A stretch of 64,000 nt of DNA from an uncultured delta proteobacterium (GCA_963782055.1 CAWAIF010000003.1:5664001-5728000), one strand, 5' to 3'; counted from the first letter of the stretch, positions 27,610 to 37,694 are shown. The notes: generated by a model from the letters alone, not told the origin. Numbers and translations are program-made.

Positions 27610-28836
27610 ATGTCCGCGATTTCTCCCACCGCCGGGGCCGCGAGCGCCAGCCGCTCAGCCACCAGACCCACGCTGCGTGGCCTGCTCGGTCTCGACCTGC
27701 TCGACAACCGCTACCCCGCGCTGCACGGCCTTCGCTTCCTGGCGATCCTCAGCGTGGTGCAGTTCCACGTCACGTCCATGTTCGCCTTCGACGAGCACCT
27801 GCCGCTCGCGCACGGCTTCGTCGCCTCATCGCTCACCATCTTCTTCGGGATGGACCTCTTCTTCGTCCTGAGCGGCTTCCTCATCGGCTCCATCCTGCTG
27901 CGCTCGCTGCAGGCGCCCGGGAAGAAGCGCATCCGGCGCTTTTATCTGCGCCGCATCTTCCGCACCTTCCCCGCGTACTACGTGGTGCTCACCGTGCTGG
28001 CGCTCATCGGGCCGCTCACGGTGATGCAGCGTCACAACCTGATCTACGAGTACGCCTACCTCACCGACTTCAGGGTCATCACCCGCTTCGACCTGGTGAT
28101 GCTCTGGGGCTGGTCGCTCGCGCTGGAGGAGCAGTTCTACCTCGCCGTGCCGCTGCTCTTCTTCGCCCTGCTGCGCCTGAAGAGCGACCGCGCGCGCATC
28201 GCGCTGCTCACGTGCCTCTTCTTCGGCGGCCTCGCGTCGCGCCTCTTCATCTGGCACCACTACGGACCCTGGTCGGACGAGGGCCTCTACGGCGCCATCT
28301 ACTTCCGGACCTACACCCGCTTCGACACGCTGATCGCGGGCATCCTGCTGGCCTTCGTCCACGACCGCCACGGCCCCGCCATCGCCGTGTGGCTCCAGAA
28401 GCCCTTCCACCGCGCGCTCCTGGCGATGCCGTCGCTCGCATGCCTCTACCTCCTGTTGCGCCCGTGGATGTTCGGGTGGCCGGCGGTCCAGCTCGTCCAC
28501 GTCTTCGCGTGGGGCACGGTCACGAGCATCATGTACTTCTGCTTCCTCTTGCTGCTGCTGCACGGCGGCCAGGGGTGGGTGAGCCGTGCCCTGTCGCTCC
28601 CGGTGTTCCGCAGCCTGGCGACGCTCGGTTACGGCGTGTACCTCGTGCACATCCCGCTCTGCACGCTGCTCATCCTGCCGCTTGGCGTGACGCTGACCGC
28701 GTACCACGTGTCGATGGCGCTGGTGTGGCCGCTCTCGGTCGCCGCGCTGATGCTCGCCTCGCTCGTCGTCGCCTACGGGATGCACCTCTTCATCGAGAAG
28801 CCGGCCCTCGCGCTGCGGCAGCGCCTCGCCGCGTGA
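27610..28836 (+). CDS. Acyltransferase 3 family (OafA-like)
   Basis: LHGLRFLAILSVVQFH, GMDLFFVLSGFLIG, FYLRRIFR.FP.YY, WSLALEEQFY, YGVYLVH, IEKP. Confidence 0.92.
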   Translation: MSAISPTAGAASASRSATRPTLRGLLGLDLLDNRYPALHGLRFLAILSVVQFHVTSMFAFDEHLPLAHGFVASSLTIFFGMDLFFVLSGFLIGSILLRSLQAPGKKRIRRFYLRRIFRTFPAYYVVLTVLALIGPLTVMQRHNLIYEYAYLTDFRVITRFDLVMLWGWSLALEEQFYLAVPLLFFALLRLKSDRARIALLTCLFFGGLASRLFIWHHYGPWSDEGLYGAIYFRTYTRFDTLIAGILLAFVHDRHGPAIAVWLQKPFHRALLAMPSLACLYLLLRPWMFGWPAVQLVHVFAWGTVTSIMYFCFLLLLLHGGQGWVSRALSLPVFRSLATLGYGVYLVHIPLCTLLILPLGVTLTAYHVSMALVWPLSVAALMLASLVVAYGMHLFIEKPALALRQRLAA

Positions 28837-28851
28837 CCTCGCTCGCCGCCG

Positions 28852-30591
28852 TCAGGGGTTGAACGGCTCGCCGAAGCCCGGCGCCGGCGGCGGGGCGTCG
28901 TGATACCCGGACTCGCTCTCCACGACCCAGAGCATCGACGGGTCGTCCAGGTCGCGGTCGAAGGTGAAGCGCACCGCGGGTGGGCGCCCCTGCGAGGAGC
29001 GGAGGATGGTCGCGCGCATGCCGGGCAGGGTGACCTGATCGCCCACGCGCAGGGGAGCGTCGTCGGAGCGGAAGAGATCGTCGCGGCCCTCCGGGAACAC
29101 CTCGTGGTGCTTGGCGGCGATCACGTCCAGGGTGTGGGCGTCCCTCCGGATGGCCAGCACGTGCCCGGTGAGCGCCAGCACGCGCCAGTGCGCCGGCGGC
29201 TTGCCCCCCGGGTTCATGACGAGCGCGCCGTAGAGCACCGTGAGCCAGGTGGCGCGCGGGAGGATCACGTCGACCTTCTCGGGGTCGGCCACGCGGTGCT
29301 GGAGCCACCGCGCGTGGTCGGCGAACTGCACGGCGTCGTGGCGGATGTCCCACGCGGCGACGAAGGAGGTGACCGGCGCCTCCACCAGGTGGGCGAACCC
29401 CAGCAGCACCGCCACGATCCCCGTCCACTCGGCTGCGCCGCGACGGGGCTCCTCCTTCGCGGGGAACCACGCCCGCTCGAGCACCAGCGCGACGAGGGGC
29501 GCCACCCCGAGCACCCCCACGCCGACGAGACGCGCCGACGGCAGCACGGCGAGGAGCGGCAGGAGGGCCAGGCTGGACCCGAGGAGCAGCCACTTGCCCG
29601 CCTGCCGGCGTGACGCGTCCAGGCCGGCGAAGGTCCGGCGGATGGGGACCCAGAGCAGCACCACCAGCACCACGGCGAGCCCGAGCAAGGCCCAGAGCGC
29701 GCCGGGCACGTAGACCTCGTCGAGCCAGGTGTCGAGGAGCAGGGTGGCGAGCCGGCGCGGGGCGGTGCTCAGGTAGAGCATCGGGTCGTGGAGGGGATCC
29801 CGGTAGAAGCCGGACCCCACGGTGCCGCAGTGCAGCGCCGCGCGGACGGCGAGGTAGGCGACAGCCGGCAGGAGGAAGGGCAAGACGCCGGCGGCGCGGC
29901 GCAGCAGCCCGTCACGCCGGACGAGCTCGATCGCCAGCACGTACCCGCCGAAGCAGAGCGCGTACTCCCCTCCGAGGAGCGCCACGGCGAAGAAGGCGGC
30001 GGCGAGGGCGGCGCTCCGCAGCGACGCCGCCTCCCGCCAGCGCAGGTAGGCGGAGAGACCCAGCGCGCCGAACGCCAGGGAGACCAGCGCCTCGCGGTTG
30101 GCCAGCCACGCCAGGGGCATCGCGTGACAGGGAGCCACCGCGAAGATGGCGGTGGCCAGCCACGCGGTGCGCCGGTCGAACAGCCGGCGGTAGAGCGCCC
30201 GCGCGGCCAGCACCGCCGCGGCCCACCAGAAGAGGGAGTGGAGGTGAGGGACGAGCGGGGCCCGGAAGAGGCGGTAGTCGAGCCAGAGCAGTCCGCTGGT
30301 GAGGGGGCGGAAGAAGCGGATGGTGAGCTGCGGGTGGCTCCACCAGGGCACCAGGCCACGAGCCATCAGCAGCGTGCGGTCGCCGTTCCCCACGAAATTG
30401 TAGAGATCGAAGGGGTTGCGCGAGACGGGATAGGTCCCGTGGACCATTGCGCTGTGCACGTAATCGTCCAGCATCAACGGCGTGGCGACAGCCGGGAGGA
30501 AGGCCACCAGCCCGACCAGGAAGATGGCGGCGTCGGCGAGCCAGGGGTGGCGCTGCCAGGGGGATGGTCGCGGGGGCGGTTGACGGGTCAT
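28852..30591 (-). CDS. Polytopic membrane protein, GT-C/PMT-like glycosyltransferase (tentative)
   Basis: LDDY after TM1, FFRPL, P.H..PLAWLANR, ALLGGEYA; soluble C-domain. Confidence 0.65.
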   Translation of the reverse strand: MTRQPPPRPSPWQRHPWLADAAIFLVGLVAFLPAVATPLMLDDYVHSAMVHGTYPVSRNPFDLYNFVGNGDRTLLMARGLVPWWSHPQLTIRFFRPLTSGLLWLDYRLFRAPLVPHLHSLFWWAAAVLAARALYRRLFDRRTAWLATAIFAVAPCHAMPLAWLANREALVSLAFGALGLSAYLRWREAASLRSAALAAAFFAVALLGGEYALCFGGYVLAIELVRRDGLLRRAAGVLPFLLPAVAYLAVRAALHCGTVGSGFYRDPLHDPMLYLSTAPRRLATLLLDTWLDEVYVPGALWALLGLAVVLVVLLWVPIRRTFAGLDASRRQAGKWLLLGSSLALLPLLAVLPSARLVGVGVLGVAPLVALVLERAWFPAKEEPRRGAAEWTGIVAVLLGFAHLVEAPVTSFVAAWDIRHDAVQFADHARWLQHRVADPEKVDVILPRATWLTVLYGALVMNPGGKPPAHWRVLALTGHVLAIRRDAHTLDVIAAKHHEVFPEGRDDLFRSDDAPLRVGDQVTLPGMRATILRSSQGRPPAVRFTFDRDLDDPSMLWVVESESGYHDAPPPAPGFGEPFNP

Positions 30592-30670
30592 CCGGACGGC
30601 CAGAGTCTCATTTGCGACTCTACCAGACCGAGGGTTGTCTCGGCCGTGGGGCTCGCGTAACGTCAACTCC

Positions 30671-31009
30671 GTGAAACTCGCCTCGCCTGCCTTCGCCTTT
30701 CGCCTCGCCGCCGCCGCGCTGCTCGCGGCGTGCGCCACCTCCGCCGGCACAGACGACACCGCCCTCGACGCCGGCAAGCCGGTGGACTCGGGCAAGATCG
30801 GGCAGGACGGGAACGTGAACCAGGACTCGGGTGGCCAGGACGCGGGCGACACGTGCGTCCCCACCTGCGCGACGGACCTGGACTGTCAGGACAGCTGCCA
30901 GGCGCCGAGCATCGGCATCTCGTGCTGCGACACGGCGACGAGCACGTGCTACACGGACAACTCGGGGCAGTGCCCGGCCGACTACGACGCCGGTAACGCC
31001 CCCGACTGA
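30671..31009 (+). CDS. Small Cys-rich lipoprotein
   Basis: LLAAC lipobox, DAG/DSG linker, CVPTC..D.DCQ.SC...CC...C..C; TAACGT 7 nt upstream of GTG. Confidence 0.7.
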   Translation: MKLASPAFAFRLAAAALLAACATSAGTDDTALDAGKPVDSGKIGQDGNVNQDSGGQDAGDTCVPTCATDLDCQDSCQAPSIGISCCDTATSTCYTDNSGQCPADYDAGNAPD

Positions 31010-31074
31010 CCGCCTGACCGCGCCGCCGAGGCGCGCGGCAACGCCCCGCCCGGGGCCGGCATCGGAACTGCAGC

Positions 31075-32691
31075 GTGGCGACCACCGCGGCCATACCCCA
31101 GCTCGCACGGCCCAAGCGCGTTCCCACCAACAAGTGGTTGGTGACGATCTCCATCACGTTCGGCACGCTGATGGGCGCGATCGACTCGTCGATCGTCAAC
31201 GTCGCGCTGCCGCACATGATGGGCTCGCTGGGAGCGACCATCCAGGAGATCACCTGGATCTCGACGGGCTACATCATCGCCACGGTCGTGGTGATGCCGC
31301 TGACCGCCTTCCTCGGGCGCCTCTTCGGGCAGAAGCGCGTGTACATGTTCTGCCTCGCCCTCTTCTTGCTGGGCTCGGCGCTCTGCGGGACGGCGCGCAC
31401 GCTGCCCGCGCTCGTCGTCTACCGCGCGCTGCAGGGCTTCGGCGCGGGCGCGCTGCAGCCCACCGAGCAGGCGATCCTCCGCCAGACGTTCCCGCTGGAG
31501 GAGCAGGGCATGGCGATGGCCCTCTTCGCCCTCGCCGTCATGCTCGGGCCGGCCGTCGGGCCGACACTCGGCGGGTGGATCGTCGACAACTACTCCTGGC
31601 CGTGGATCTTCTACGTGAACATCCCGGTGGGCCTGCTCGGCCTGACGATGGTCGCCACCTTCGTCCACGAGGACGAGGACATCGTCGCCAAGAACCGCGA
31701 GCTGGCGGAGCGACAACGCAAGAACATCGACTGGGCGGGTATCGCCTTCATGGTGGTGGGGCTGGTCGCCCTGCAGTACTTCCTGGAAGAAGGCGAGCGG
31801 GACTACTGGTTCGAGTCCACCGAGATCCGCATCGCCTTCGCCGTCGCGCTCATCGCGCTCTCCGCCTTCGTCGTGCGGGAGATGACGTGCGAGACCCCCG
31901 CGGTCAACCTGCGCCTCTTCAAGGACCCGGTGTTCCTCTCCGGCACCCTGATCGGCGGGCTGATGTTCGCGCTGCTCATGGCGACGATGTTCCTGCTGCC
32001 GCTCTTCATGCAGCAGCTCCTCGGCTTCTCGGCGACCGACGCCGGCCTCGCCCTCATGCCGCGCGTCCTCGTCATGATGGTGGCCACCCCCTTCGTCGGC
32101 CGCATCTACAACAAGGTCTCCCCGCGCATCGTCATAGGCATCGGCATCCTCTTCATCGCCTGGGGTGCCTACGACATGAGCCACTTCACGCTGGAGAGCA
32201 GCGAGCGCCAGATCATCTGGTCCATCATGACGCAGGGCATCGGCTTCTCCTGCCTCTTCGTGCCGCTCTCCACCGTCGCGCTCTCCACCATCCCGCGCCA
32301 CAAGATGGCGGACGCCACCGGGATGAACTCCCTGTTCCGGATGGTGGGGGGCTCGATCGGTCTGGCGATCGTCGCCACGCTGCTCAGCCGCTACACCGTG
32401 GCGGCGCAGAACTCCATCTCGGTGCACGTCACCGCGAGCAACCCGGCCGCGCAGCAGCGCATCGGCGCGCTCACTCACTTCTGGATGGCGCGAGGGCTCG
32501 ACGCCAAGGCGGCGCACGTCGGGGCGATGCGCATGCTGGAGGGCAGCGTGGCGCGGCAGGCTTCACTCCTCGCCTTCGACAAGGTGCTGCTCGCCGCGGG
32601 CGTGGCGTTCCTCTTCGTCCTCCCCCTCCTCATCTTCCTGAAGATGCCGGAGAAGGGGAAGGCGGTGAAGGTCGACGTCCACATGGAGTGA
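31075..32691 (+). CDS. DHA2 (EmrB/QacA) MFS efflux permease
   Basis: D.SIVNVALPHM, TWISTGY, RALQGFG.G, GPAVGPTLGGWI, WPWIFYVNIPVG; about 14 TM segments. Confidence 0.93.
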   Translation: MATTAAIPQLARPKRVPTNKWLVTISITFGTLMGAIDSSIVNVALPHMMGSLGATIQEITWISTGYIIATVVVMPLTAFLGRLFGQKRVYMFCLALFLLGSALCGTARTLPALVVYRALQGFGAGALQPTEQAILRQTFPLEEQGMAMALFALAVMLGPAVGPTLGGWIVDNYSWPWIFYVNIPVGLLGLTMVATFVHEDEDIVAKNRELAERQRKNIDWAGIAFMVVGLVALQYFLEEGERDYWFESTEIRIAFAVALIALSAFVVREMTCETPAVNLRLFKDPVFLSGTLIGGLMFALLMATMFLLPLFMQQLLGFSATDAGLALMPRVLVMMVATPFVGRIYNKVSPRIVIGIGILFIAWGAYDMSHFTLESSERQIIWSIMTQGIGFSCLFVPLSTVALSTIPRHKMADATGMNSLFRMVGGSIGLAIVATLLSRYTVAAQNSISVHVTASNPAAQQRIGALTHFWMARGLDAKAAHVGAMRMLEGSVARQASLLAFDKVLLAAGVAFLFVLPLLIFLKMPEKGKAVKVDVHME

Positions 32692-32820
32692 CTGTCCCCC
32701 CTGTCCCCCCTTCCCGTCCCCGGACACCAACCGTCGAATTGCAAGCACGCCTGCCGTTCGACGTTTCGCGGGGAATCCGTGAGGGGGGGCGGGTGGCATG
32801 GGGCGTGCTGATGGGTGGGG
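32692..32820 (+). promoter_or_regulatory. Conserved leader of MarR cassette A, with sigma54 -24/-12 box at 32794-32809
   Basis: CTGTCCCC x2, GTCCCCGGACACC, G-run, TGGCATGGGGCGTGCT (GG-N10-GC); collinear with the reverse complement of 57937-58080. Confidence 0.7.
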
Positions 32821-33396
32821 ATGGACCCTGTGTTCTTCACTCTCAAGCGCGCGTACTACGCGACGCTCAAGCTGACACGGCGCGCGCTTGCGGCGATGGG
32901 GCTCACGGCGGCGCGCTACGACGTGCTCGATGCGCTCCACCGGCTCGGGTCGCGCTGTGTTCACCTTCAGAGCCACCTTCGGCGGGCGATGGGCGTGGCG
33001 CGCTCCACGATCAGCGTGATGATGCGGTCGCTCGAGCGGATCGGGCTGGTGACGCGGCGGCGTGACGGGCGCGACATCCTCGTCGAGCTGACGGCGGAGG
33101 GGCGGCGGCGCGTGCGACGCGCCTTCTTCGGGCTCGTGCTGGTCGGGCACGTCGGCTCGGCGCTGGACGGCGCGCTCGCGCCCGGGCAGCGGCGCTGGCC
33201 TGCCCCGCGCGCGTGCGCCCGAGCCCGGCGGCACCTCCAGGTGCTCTGCCTGCGCATCAGGGACGGGTTCGGCGACGAGGCCGAGCTCGACCTCGTCGGG
33301 AGTATCTGGTGGCACCGCGAGCAGGACCGCGTGCGCCACCTGCGCCAGCGTCTGGAGCAGCGCCGGCGTCAGGTCGACCTCGGCGACGTCGCTTGA
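32821..33396 (+). CDS. MarR-like winged-helix protein (cassette copy A)
   Basis: GLTAARYDVL, QS.LRR.MGVARSTIS.M..SLE..GLV.R, D.R...V.LT.EGRRRV; paralog of 57298-57936. Confidence 0.85.
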   Translation: MDPVFFTLKRAYYATLKLTRRALAAMGLTAARYDVLDALHRLGSRCVHLQSHLRRAMGVARSTISVMMRSLERIGLVTRRRDGRDILVELTAEGRRRVRRAFFGLVLVGHVGSALDGALAPGQRRWPAPRACARARRHLQVLCLRIRDGFGDEAELDLVGSIWWHREQDRVRHLRQRLEQRRRQVDLGDVA

Positions 33397-33561
33397 ACCG
33401 TGCTCGAGGCGGCCCGCTCGCGCGAGGTGGCCATTTCTCGACCGTCGACCGCGCTCGCGGGGCGCCAACATGAGCGGTCGCGATTCGCGAACGCGAACCA
33501 AGGGGGGAGCCGCCGAATTCACCTCGGCGGCGCGGGGATGAGCATCCCCCGCCCCGCTGGT

Positions 33562-34518
33562 CTAGACCCGTGTGCTCGGCGCGGTCCAGTCCACGATCGG
33601 TCCCCTGGGGACGATGCGGGTCGGGTTGATGGTGGGCTGGCTGCGATAGTAGTGCTGCTTGATGTGGTCGAAGCTCACCGTCGAGGCGACCGGGGCCATC
33701 TGGTAGACGGCGCGCGCGTAGTCCCAGAGCGCGCGGTAGTCGACGAGGCGCCGCAGGTTGCACTTGAAGTGGCCGTGGTAGACCGCGTCGAAGCGCACCA
33801 GCGTCGTGAAGAGGCGGACGTCGGCCTCGGTGAACGCGTCGCCCATCAGGAAGCGCGAGGCGGCGAGGCGCGCCTCCAGCCAGTCCAGCGTCCCGAAGAG
33901 CGCGGTGACCGCCTCGTCGTACGCCTCCTGGCGCGTGGCGAAGCCCGCCTGGTAGACGCCGTTGTTGACCGTGTCGTAGACGCGCGCGTTGACCTCGTCG
34001 ATCCCCGCGCGCAGCGGCTCGGGGTAGAGGGGCGCGAGCGGCCGCGTCGACAGCGGGTCGAAGGCGTCGTCCAGCATGCGCAAGATCTCGGAGGACTCGT
34101 TGCTCACGATCGTCGCCTCCCGGGTGTCCCAGAGCACCGGCACCGTGACGCGCCCCGTGAAGTGCGGGTCCGCCCGCGCGTAGATCTCGTGGAGGTAGCG
34201 CGCGCCGAAGAGGGGGTCCGGGACGCAGCCAGGGCCGTCGGAGAACGACCAGCCCTGCTCGCCCATGAAGGGGTCCACCACCGACACCGGGATGGCTTCT
34301 TCCAGCCCCTTGAGCGCGCGCACCACCAGCGTGCGGTGCGCCCACGGGCACGCGAGCGAGACGTAGAGGCGGTAGCGCCCCGGCTCCGCCGCGAAGCGCG
34401 CGCCTGGCTCGCGGCTGACCCACTGCCGGAAGGTGGCCGGTCTGCGCAGGAAGCGCCCCCCGGTCGAGGCGGTGTCGTACCCACAATCCTCCCACACGCC
34501 GTCCACCAGCAGTCCCAT
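33562..34518 (-). CDS. yqjG: Glutathionyl-hydroquinone reductase (Xi-class GST)
   Basis: MGLLVDG.W, RY.LYVSLACPWAHRTL, VTVPVLWD, IVSNES.EI, NNGVY.AGFA, RFD.VY.GHFKCN, HIK.HYY.S. Confidence 0.93.
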   Translation of the reverse strand: MGLLVDGVWEDCGYDTASTGGRFLRRPATFRQWVSREPGARFAAEPGRYRLYVSLACPWAHRTLVVRALKGLEEAIPVSVVDPFMGEQGWSFSDGPGCVPDPLFGARYLHEIYARADPHFTGRVTVPVLWDTREATIVSNESSEILRMLDDAFDPLSTRPLAPLYPEPLRAGIDEVNARVYDTVNNGVYQAGFATRQEAYDEAVTALFGTLDWLEARLAASRFLMGDAFTEADVRLFTTLVRFDAVYHGHFKCNLRRLVDYRALWDYARAVYQMAPVASTVSFDHIKQHYYRSQPTINPTRIVPRGPIVDWTAPSTRV

Positions 34519-34598
34519 TGCAAGCATTGTGGCGGTGGAACGGGCCGGAGCCAACCCGCGCGCGGGCCCCGGGGGGGCGCGGGCCCTATACTCGCAGG

Positions 34599-35990
34599 AT
34601 GCGCAGGTCGCTGGTGCTCGCCATCCTCCTCGCCGGGTGCCACGGGCACCCCATGCTCGCGACGCTCACGCCCGCGGGGCAGTGGAGCTACGACGTGGCC
34701 GAGGAGCAGGACGGGCGCGTGCTGGCGGTGACCGCCGACTTTCCCCCCGGCACGCCCGGCGCGATGCGTGTCGACGGCGACACGCGGCGCTTCGTGCAGC
34801 GCGTGGAGTGGCAGGACGGCGGCGGCTGGAGCGCCGCGGCCACCACGGCCGGCGGATGGACCGTCCCCGGCTGCGCCGAGCACGGGTGCCGCGTTCGCTA
34901 CCGCTTCGCGCTGGGGGACGCGGCGCGCACCCTCGACGACCTGGACCGCGCCGCGCGCCTGGACGACGCCTACCTCGTCGCCCCCTCGGCGTGGATGCTC
35001 GGCCCCCGCGCGGCGACCGGGCGCTCCTTCCGCCTGCGCGTGCGCCACGGCGACGCCATGACCGCGGGCCTCACCGCGAGCGGGCCAGACGTACGAGAGG
35101 GTCCCCTCCCCTTCCCGAGCGCGCCCGTCACCATCTTCGGGCGCTTCCGGCCGCTCGCCGTGAACGTGCAGAATGCACGCATCGACGTGGCGGTCACCGC
35201 GCCGTCGCTCGCCGTGACCGACGCGCAGGTGCGCGACTGGGTGCGGTCCGACGCGAGCGCCATCGCCGCCGAGTACGGGCGCTACCCCGTCGACCACCTG
35301 CTGCTCACCCTGCCCTCCGCGCGGTGGCGCGAGATCGGCTACGGGCAGACGATGGGCGGCGGCGGCGCGGCGATCACCGTCTTCATCGGCCCCGGCGCGA
35401 CGGGCCGCGAGCTCGGCGACGACTGGGTGCTGGAGCACGAGATGGTGCACCTCGCGCTGCCCTCGCTGGAGGCGCGCTACCACTGGCTGGAGGAGGGCAT
35501 CGCCACCTACCTCGAGCCCTTCGCGCGGACGCGCGCGGGCCTGCTCGACGACGAGCGCGTGTGGTCCGGCCTGGTGCACGGCCTCCCGCTCGGCGAGCCA
35601 GAGCCGGGCGACGAGGGCATCGACCGCACGCCCACCTGGGGCCGCACGTACTGGGGCGGCGCGCTCTTCTGCTTCGTGGCGGACCTGACCATCCGCGAGA
35701 AGAGCGGCGGGAAGAGGTCGCTGGACGACGCGCTGCGCGCCATCGTCCGCGCGGGCGGCAGCATCGAGACGAGCTGGGACCTGGAGCGCGTGCTGCAGAC
35801 CGGCGACCGGGGCACCGGCCTCACCGTGCTCCACGATCTGCACGCGGCGTGGTCGCAGACACCGGTCGAGGTGGACCTCGCCGGGTGGTGGAAGCGCCTC
35901 GGGGTGGTCGTCCGCGACGGCAGGTTCGCCGGCGTGGACGACGGCGCGCCCCTCGCCCATATGCGCAAGGCGATGGTCGCCCGGCGCTAG
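34599..35990 (+). CDS. Gluzincin (M61-like) metallopeptidase lipoprotein
   Basis: LLAGC lipobox; HEMVH then WLEEGIATY; YWGGAL; TATACT 6 nt upstream of ATG. Confidence 0.8.
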   Translation: MRRSLVLAILLAGCHGHPMLATLTPAGQWSYDVAEEQDGRVLAVTADFPPGTPGAMRVDGDTRRFVQRVEWQDGGGWSAAATTAGGWTVPGCAEHGCRVRYRFALGDAARTLDDLDRAARLDDAYLVAPSAWMLGPRAATGRSFRLRVRHGDAMTAGLTASGPDVREGPLPFPSAPVTIFGRFRPLAVNVQNARIDVAVTAPSLAVTDAQVRDWVRSDASAIAAEYGRYPVDHLLLTLPSARWREIGYGQTMGGGGAAITVFIGPGATGRELGDDWVLEHEMVHLALPSLEARYHWLEEGIATYLEPFARTRAGLLDDERVWSGLVHGLPLGEPEPGDEGIDRTPTWGRTYWGGALFCFVADLTIREKSGGKRSLDDALRAIVRAGGSIETSWDLERVLQTGDRGTGLTVLHDLHAAWSQTPVEVDLAGWWKRLGVVVRDGRFAGVDDGAPLAHMRKAMVARR

Positions 35991-36056
35991 AATGGCCCGC
36001 GGGCGAACCCTTTTCGCCCCCGCCGGCTCCTACCCCCCTGAAGGAGTATCCTGCCC

Positions 36057-36233
36057 ATGTGTACACGCGTCCGTTGCAGCGATTGTGGCAAGCCCAGCTT
36101 CGTGGGCTGTGGCCGCCATGTCGAACAGGTGCTGGGTGACGTGCCCAGGGAGAGCCGTTGCAAGTGCAACGAGCACCAGCAGACCGAGCAGCGCTCCGGA
36201 TCCATCCTGGATCGCCTCTTCAGCAAGGGCTGA
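36057..36233 (+). CDS. 58-aa Cys-rich small protein, absent from the ORF track
   Basis: AAGGAG RBS; MCTRVRCSDCGKPSFVGCGRHVEQVLGDVPRESRCKCNEHQQTEQRSGSILDRLFSKG. Confidence 0.8.
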   Translation: MCTRVRCSDCGKPSFVGCGRHVEQVLGDVPRESRCKCNEHQQTEQRSGSILDRLFSKG

Positions 36234-36236
36234 GGC

Positions 36237-36725
36237 TCACGCCGCGCCGCGGTGACCCGCCGCCGGCGACGGGCGGGGGGCGCGCAGCCCCAGCCGCACG
36301 GCGATGGACGAGCGTCCCTCCTGGTCCAGGTAGCGATCGGCCCACTGGTACATCAGCGCGTCCTCGCGGCGCGCGTGTGCGCGCAGCAGCTCGACGAACT
36401 GCGCGGTCATCCCGGTGTTCACCATGTGCAGGTCGACGCCCACGCTCAGATCCGCCAGCTTCCGGCGGAAGGTGCCGTGCTCCGCGTGGAGCTCCGCCGC
36501 CTCTCGTGGGTGCTCGTGCTCGAACAGCGGGAGGATGTAACGCTCCTCGGCGTCCAGGTGCGCGGTGAGCCCCTCGTCGAAGCTCGTCCACAGCGCCTGG
36601 ATGGCGTCGCGGTCACCGCTGCGGAAGGCGGCGACGAGGTGCGAGAAGAGACGGTCGAGTCGGGCGTGGTCGTTCGCGAGCATGGCGCGCGGCCCCTCGG
36701 CGCCCCAGGGTGAGGCGGTAGTCAT
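36237..36725 (-). CDS. Hemerythrin/HHE cation-binding domain protein
   Basis: DH..LD.LF, HLDAEE..ILP, EH, HARRED..MY motifs; AAGGAG RBS. Confidence 0.85.
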   Translation of the reverse strand: MTTASPWGAEGPRAMLANDHARLDRLFSHLVAAFRSGDRDAIQALWTSFDEGLTAHLDAEERYILPLFEHEHPREAAELHAEHGTFRRKLADLSVGVDLHMVNTGMTAQFVELLRAHARREDALMYQWADRYLDQEGRSSIAVRLGLRAPRPSPAAGHRGAA

Positions 36726-37681
36726 GGCGGTGTCTCCTTGTTGGCTTTGGGCGGCAGGTGAGGCTGGAGCGGCGGTGCGAAGAGCAGCGGGTCGTCGGTG
36801 ACCGTCACGCGGAACCGGTCGAGCTCCATGGGCGTCGGGTCGGCGTCGCCCAGCTCCAGGTAGCCGACGACGTCGTACTGACCGGGCGTGTTCATCACGC
36901 ACGTCACCGGGACGCGCTGCGTGTACATCGCGCCCGGAGCGAGCACGGGCGGCACGTCCAGCCTCGTCGGCGACTCCAGGCACGCGACGGTCGAGCCGAC
37001 GTGGTAGACGCGAAAGACCACGCGCGCGCGCACACCGTCGATGGGGTGGCGGGATCCGTTGATGAGCGCCACCACCACGCCGTAGTTCGCCTTCGCCCAC
37101 TCCTCCGGGGAGAGCGGCCGCTCGAAGGGGTTGCCGCTCACGCCGGCGAAGAGCCCGTTCAGCTCCGGGTCCGGCTGCGGCACGCCCATGCCGGCCCCCC
37201 GGAGGCGCACGGTGAAGGTCCCGACGGCGTCGGCGGGCGCGCCGAGCCGCGGCGCCCGACCGAACGCGGCGTAGGCGGCGAAGGCGTACGTCCCGGGCAA
37301 GGGCAGCGAGCAGTCGAGCGTGCGCCGGTAGACAAAGGACTGGTGAGGCTGGAGCACCGCCGGCTCGCGTCCTGTCGGCATGTTGCCGCTGGGCCGGCAC
37401 GGGTAGGCCACGCCCTCGCGGCTGGCGGTGAAGGCGACGGTGAGGTCGTCCACCGGCACGGCGACCGGCCCGACGTTGGTCACGCGCAGCGTGACCGGGG
37501 CGCCCGCCAGACCGAAGACGTCCAGCTTGTACGAAGCCACGGCGGGTGCGTCGACCTCGACACGCACGCCGGAGCTGCGTGCCGGGGGCGCGGCCGGCGC
37601 GACGGTGTCGGGGCCGGGGGAGGCGGCGCTCGCGCAGCCGCCCGCGAGCAGCAGGACCATGGCTCGAAGCCAGCGGGACAT
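36722..37681 (-). CDS. Hypothetical lipoprotein with two Ig-like domains
   Basis: LLAGGC lipobox; LRVTNVG...LQP.QS...C..PGTY and LIN.S...LAPG..Y...C..PGQY repeats; overlaps the hemerythrin start. Confidence 0.65.
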   Translation of the reverse strand: MSRWLRAMVLLLAGGCASAASPGPDTVAPAAPPARSSGVRVEVDAPAVASYKLDVFGLAGAPVTLRVTNVGPVAVPVDDLTVAFTASREGVAYPCRPSGNMPTGREPAVLQPHQSFVYRRTLDCSLPLPGTYAFAAYAAFGRAPRLGAPADAVGTFTVRLRGAGMGVPQPDPELNGLFAGVSGNPFERPLSPEEWAKANYGVVVALINGSRHPIDGVRARVVFRVYHVGSTVACLESPTRLDVPPVLAPGAMYTQRVPVTCVMNTPGQYDVVGYLELGDADPTPMELDRFRVTVTDDPLLFAPPLQPHLPPKANKETPP

Positions 37682-37694
37682 GACCTCCCATCTC

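Noticed and set aside
31075..33396. MarR copy A as the ordinary EmrR-type regulator of the adjacent MFS pump
   Set aside because: It lies downstream with its own leader, and its paralog with the same leader sits beside unrelated genes; not excluded but not favoured
33397..33561. Right-hand terminal repeat or target-site duplication for the MarR cassette
   Set aside because: Beyond about 30 bp past the stop I could not align the downstream regions of copies A and B, and I found no inverted copy of the leader, so mobility remains inference
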